This document shows positions 60,966-64,000 of a stretch of 64,000 bases of DNA, piece after piece. Both the position numbers and the translations under genes were made by a program. The stretch is from Mustelus asterias (lineage: Eukaryota), in assembly GCF_964213995.1 (NCBI RefSeq), contig NC_135824.1, forward strand, positions 7,378,001 through 7,442,000, read 5' to 3'. The notes under the pieces were generated by a model. The model saw only the letters and a list, made by a program, of their open reading frames with translations, was not told where the DNA came from and ran no database searches. Within the stretch, counting starts at the first letter, position 1, and the number at the start of each line of letters is the position of its first letter.

Positions 60966-62022
60966 AACTCCATGATTATCTGATGGTGCACTGGGCGATC
61001 CTGAATGTTTAATCTGCCAGTTGTTTGTACTGTACCTGCTGTTTATAAATACAAAATTCAAGATGAAGAGCAGCAAATCAGAACTGAACAACTTGGGGGG
61101 GGGGGGGGGGGGGGGGTATATAATTGGCAATTAGGAATGAAAACCACTGACAATCCTTTCCGCTACCAGCTTGAACTCACTAGTTGAGAAAGTTACTCCT
61201 GAAAATGAGGATTAAAATAGCATTCCAAACTTTGCAAGAAAATTATTAAAATTGCCTGTAACAAAATATTTTTCACATTTGGGATGTATAGTGGGTGAGA
61301 ACTCCTGATTTCTGGCAATTTTGCGAGCTATCTTCATTGAGACACGAGCTACAGTTCTGTGTATTTTTGTTCATAGCTGCTGGAAATTATGATTGACAGA
61401 CTGGCTGTTGGTAAGCACTAACATTGGTGAAACAATGTTAAAAATGGAATAAACAGAAAATCCTGAAAATACTCAAGTCATGTAGCATCTGTGGAGAGAA
61501 CACAGTTAACATTTCAGTGCTGTACCTTATAGTGCACCAATACCTTCCACAACTTCACCAGGAACGTAGAGAATGAGACTTGAAGGGATCCATCTGGTAC
61601 AGTTTCTATTAATCTTGGTAGTTTCATGAAACAATGATAATTGAGTTGTTCACTAATCATAGCAATCAATCTCTATCAAATAGTCTAGATAGACCGAGAC
61701 ATAGCACAAGGAGAACTCCAGTGGTATTGAGCTTTGGGAACCATAGGTCCAAAGTTGTCCCTTTCCCTCCAAACATGTTAAATTTACAATGTGTCATGCC
61801 TCAAGCTGCTCATATACTGTACCCTAAAGTATTACTCTGAATAAAATCTGTCTAAAGTGCATGAAGCAATGCAAACTCCAGGGGAATGTCTTCCATAGAT
61901 TGACCACTTGTTCATTTAAATAAATGATATGTAAATGGAAACATCAGACTACATTTGGATCGTGAAATATTTGATAAAATTAATGATTAAAATTGGATGC
62001 AGCAAAACTAAGATGCTGAATT

Positions 62023-62360
62023 GCGGCACGGTAGCACAGTGGTTAGCACTGCTGCTTCACAGCTCCAGGGTCCTGGGTTCGATTCCCGGCTCGGGTCACT
62101 GTCTGTGTGGAGTTTGCACATTCTCCTCGTGTCTGCGTGGGTTTCCTCCGGGTGCTCCGGTTTCCTCCCACAGTCCAAAGATGTGCGGGTTAGGTTGATT
62201 GGCCAGGTTAAAAATTGCCCCTTAGAGTCCTGGGATGCGTAGGTTAGAGGGATTAGCGGGTAAATATGTGGGGGTAGGGCCTGGGTGGGATTGTGGTTGG
62301 TGCAGACTCGATGGGCCAAATGGCCTCCTTCTGCACTGTAGGGTTTCTATGATTCTATGA
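62023..62360 (+). mobile_element. Young HE1-like V-SINE subfamily copy
   Basis: Near-identical to 49821-50162. Confidence 0.92.
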
Positions 62361-63239
62361 ATGATCCAGCTGCAATCCCAACCATGCACTTTAACCTTTA
62401 CAAAGTATGGGAGATACAGTAAACACGGGATGTTCAACACACCGGCTTAACTTGTGCCATTGTAATGGGTCTACCTTTAAAATAATTTTGTTACTGGATT
62501 GACGAGGTCTGGGACAAAAATAAAAGCTTAAATTTGACAACTCCTCAAATTCACATTTTCTAAAGTTTAAAATGAATAACTGAACCAGCTTCTAGGGTCA
62601 GATAGAGGCAAATGCAACATTTGTTTAAAACTCAAAAAGTCAGAAGATTGGAGACTTGGAACCTGGCAAGTTGGATGAACTCACTAAGATGATGGTAGAG
62701 GTTACCACACTGGACCTCTGTGCCTCCAGGCTAGGAAGTGGGAAAACCAGCTATGGTTCCTACTCTAATCACTATTCATTGCTGGAAGGTGTGCATCTGG
62801 CCTGCTGTTGAACTGCACCACAGCAAGAGTAGGTGTGTTCAGAAGAGAAAAAAAAGTGGAAAGTTAATATAACATTTTAACAAGGAATATTTATGAAATA
62901 TAGGTGGTCTAAATTGCAAGATAATTTGCCATGAGCCTGGGTTGGGGGGGAAGGTGGGATTATAAAAATGACTTGGTTCAGAGGATCGTCATGATTGAGT
63001 TTACTTTGAGAGGATTTGAATTTAAGCATGTATTTGGATTTGGTAAAAATGTGTTTGTGCAGTACTGCATATATTTGCCTGCCTAACTAAGTTGGACGAG
63101 GTCATGCTTTAGTGGTGTCTAGCTGTACATTTCTCATAGGATCTTGTGCTCAAGTTAAACACCTCCCTGTACTTCATAAGTTTAGGGATTTAACCATTGG
63201 ATCAACTGTGCATTTAGGGTAAAATGTGTAAGAGGTGGC

Positions 63240-63760
63240 AGAAGAAATCCTTCAAATCTGGCAGCAAGAAAGGCGTTTCAACATCAATGTTTTCCCCCCA
63301 AGTCAACATTCCCAGCATCAACACATGATGAATCATTCAAAATACGTTGTGGCATATAAATGACTGAAATCGTGAAGCAGTTGTTCTACTCGAAACTTGG
63401 TTGCAGCAGGGGACTCAGGAGGAGGACAGCGGAAACACTTTAGGCATGTCCACAAAGCATCCCCGAAGAGGTTGGACCAACTCATGGAAGTCCGTGGCAT
63501 GTGACTGACCAAAATGGTGAGTGTTCTTTTGGGAAGGCAGCAGAGCACATTAAGATACGGGAACATGCAGAGGTGAAGATGCGGTATTGAAGACAGCACA
63601 AATCTCTAAACAGCTTCATCTACTCGACTCTTTGAGCACCATCTGCCCTGCATGTGGTAGAGTCTGCAGATCGCACATTGGACTTATCAGCCAGCTCAGT
63701 ACCAGTGGACTGGAAGCAAATCAATCCTGATCTTGAGGGGCTACCTAAGAAGGAGATGGC
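63240..63760 (+). mobile_element. RTE-clade LINE 3' fragment, degenerate
   Basis: IVKQLFYSKLG...GGGQRKHFRHV (RTE KQLLYGEL..GGQ.KRFKD motif) and terminal CPACGRVCRSHIGLIS. Confidence 0.7.
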
Positions 63761-64000
63761 AACACGCATGTTAAATAGTGCTGTGGTCTCCAATGGAATT
63801 GGTAACCCTTGCCTTATGTTCCAATAGGTGTGTGGGTTTCCATTATAAATGCTGCAGTGTTGGTTATAACCTTTAAAAACAAAGCGGAAATTAGTTTTTA
63901 CCAATCTGACCTGAATGTGACTTGAGGATTAAATTAATTTTTGAGGATGTTGGCTTTTGCAGTGCATTATCACCTTTAGAATTGGGGCAAACCAATTACT

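Larger units (their letters stand above)
43628..64000 (+). other. PIAS1: PIAS1 intron 1 (extends past the window end)
   Basis: Starts at the GT donor. No PIAS1-like exon-2 ORF appears in the ORF track downstream. Confidence 0.7.

Noticed and set aside
3834-62319. Many short ORFs reading MAQWLALLPHSARDPGSIP... or MVSTAASQRQGPGFDS...
   Set aside because: These are translations of the V-SINE head and core, not a protein family.
1-64000. CRISPR arrays, operons or other prokaryotic systems
   Set aside because: The sequence is vertebrate; no regularly spaced repeat-spacer array was seen.

Overview
This is vertebrate genomic DNA, almost certainly from a shark: it carries HE1-like V-SINEs, HER1/CR1-like LINEs and SacSINE1-like DeuSINEs. 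The window is mostly nested retroelement debris (CR1, Rex1/Babar, Penelope-like, RTE, Tx1, four SINE types, solo LTRs, MITE-like elements). The only host gene I can support is the CpG-island promoter and 24-nt first coding exon of PIAS1 (MADSAELK, 43604-43627, + strand). Everything downstream appears to be a >20-kb intron 1. Most notable observations: (i) two families of minimal hammerhead-ribozyme motifs in Penelope-like termini, plus very short TSD-flanked hairpin insertions built only from those termini; (ii) a near-perfect 253-bp inverted duplication in PIAS1 intron 1 with a foldback-like junction; (iii) a V-SINE with two alternative tails, each resembling a different co-resident LINE; (iv) repeat-free, homeobox-motif-rich blocks that may be conserved enhancers. 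Repeat boundaries were read by eye and are approximate unless stated otherwise.
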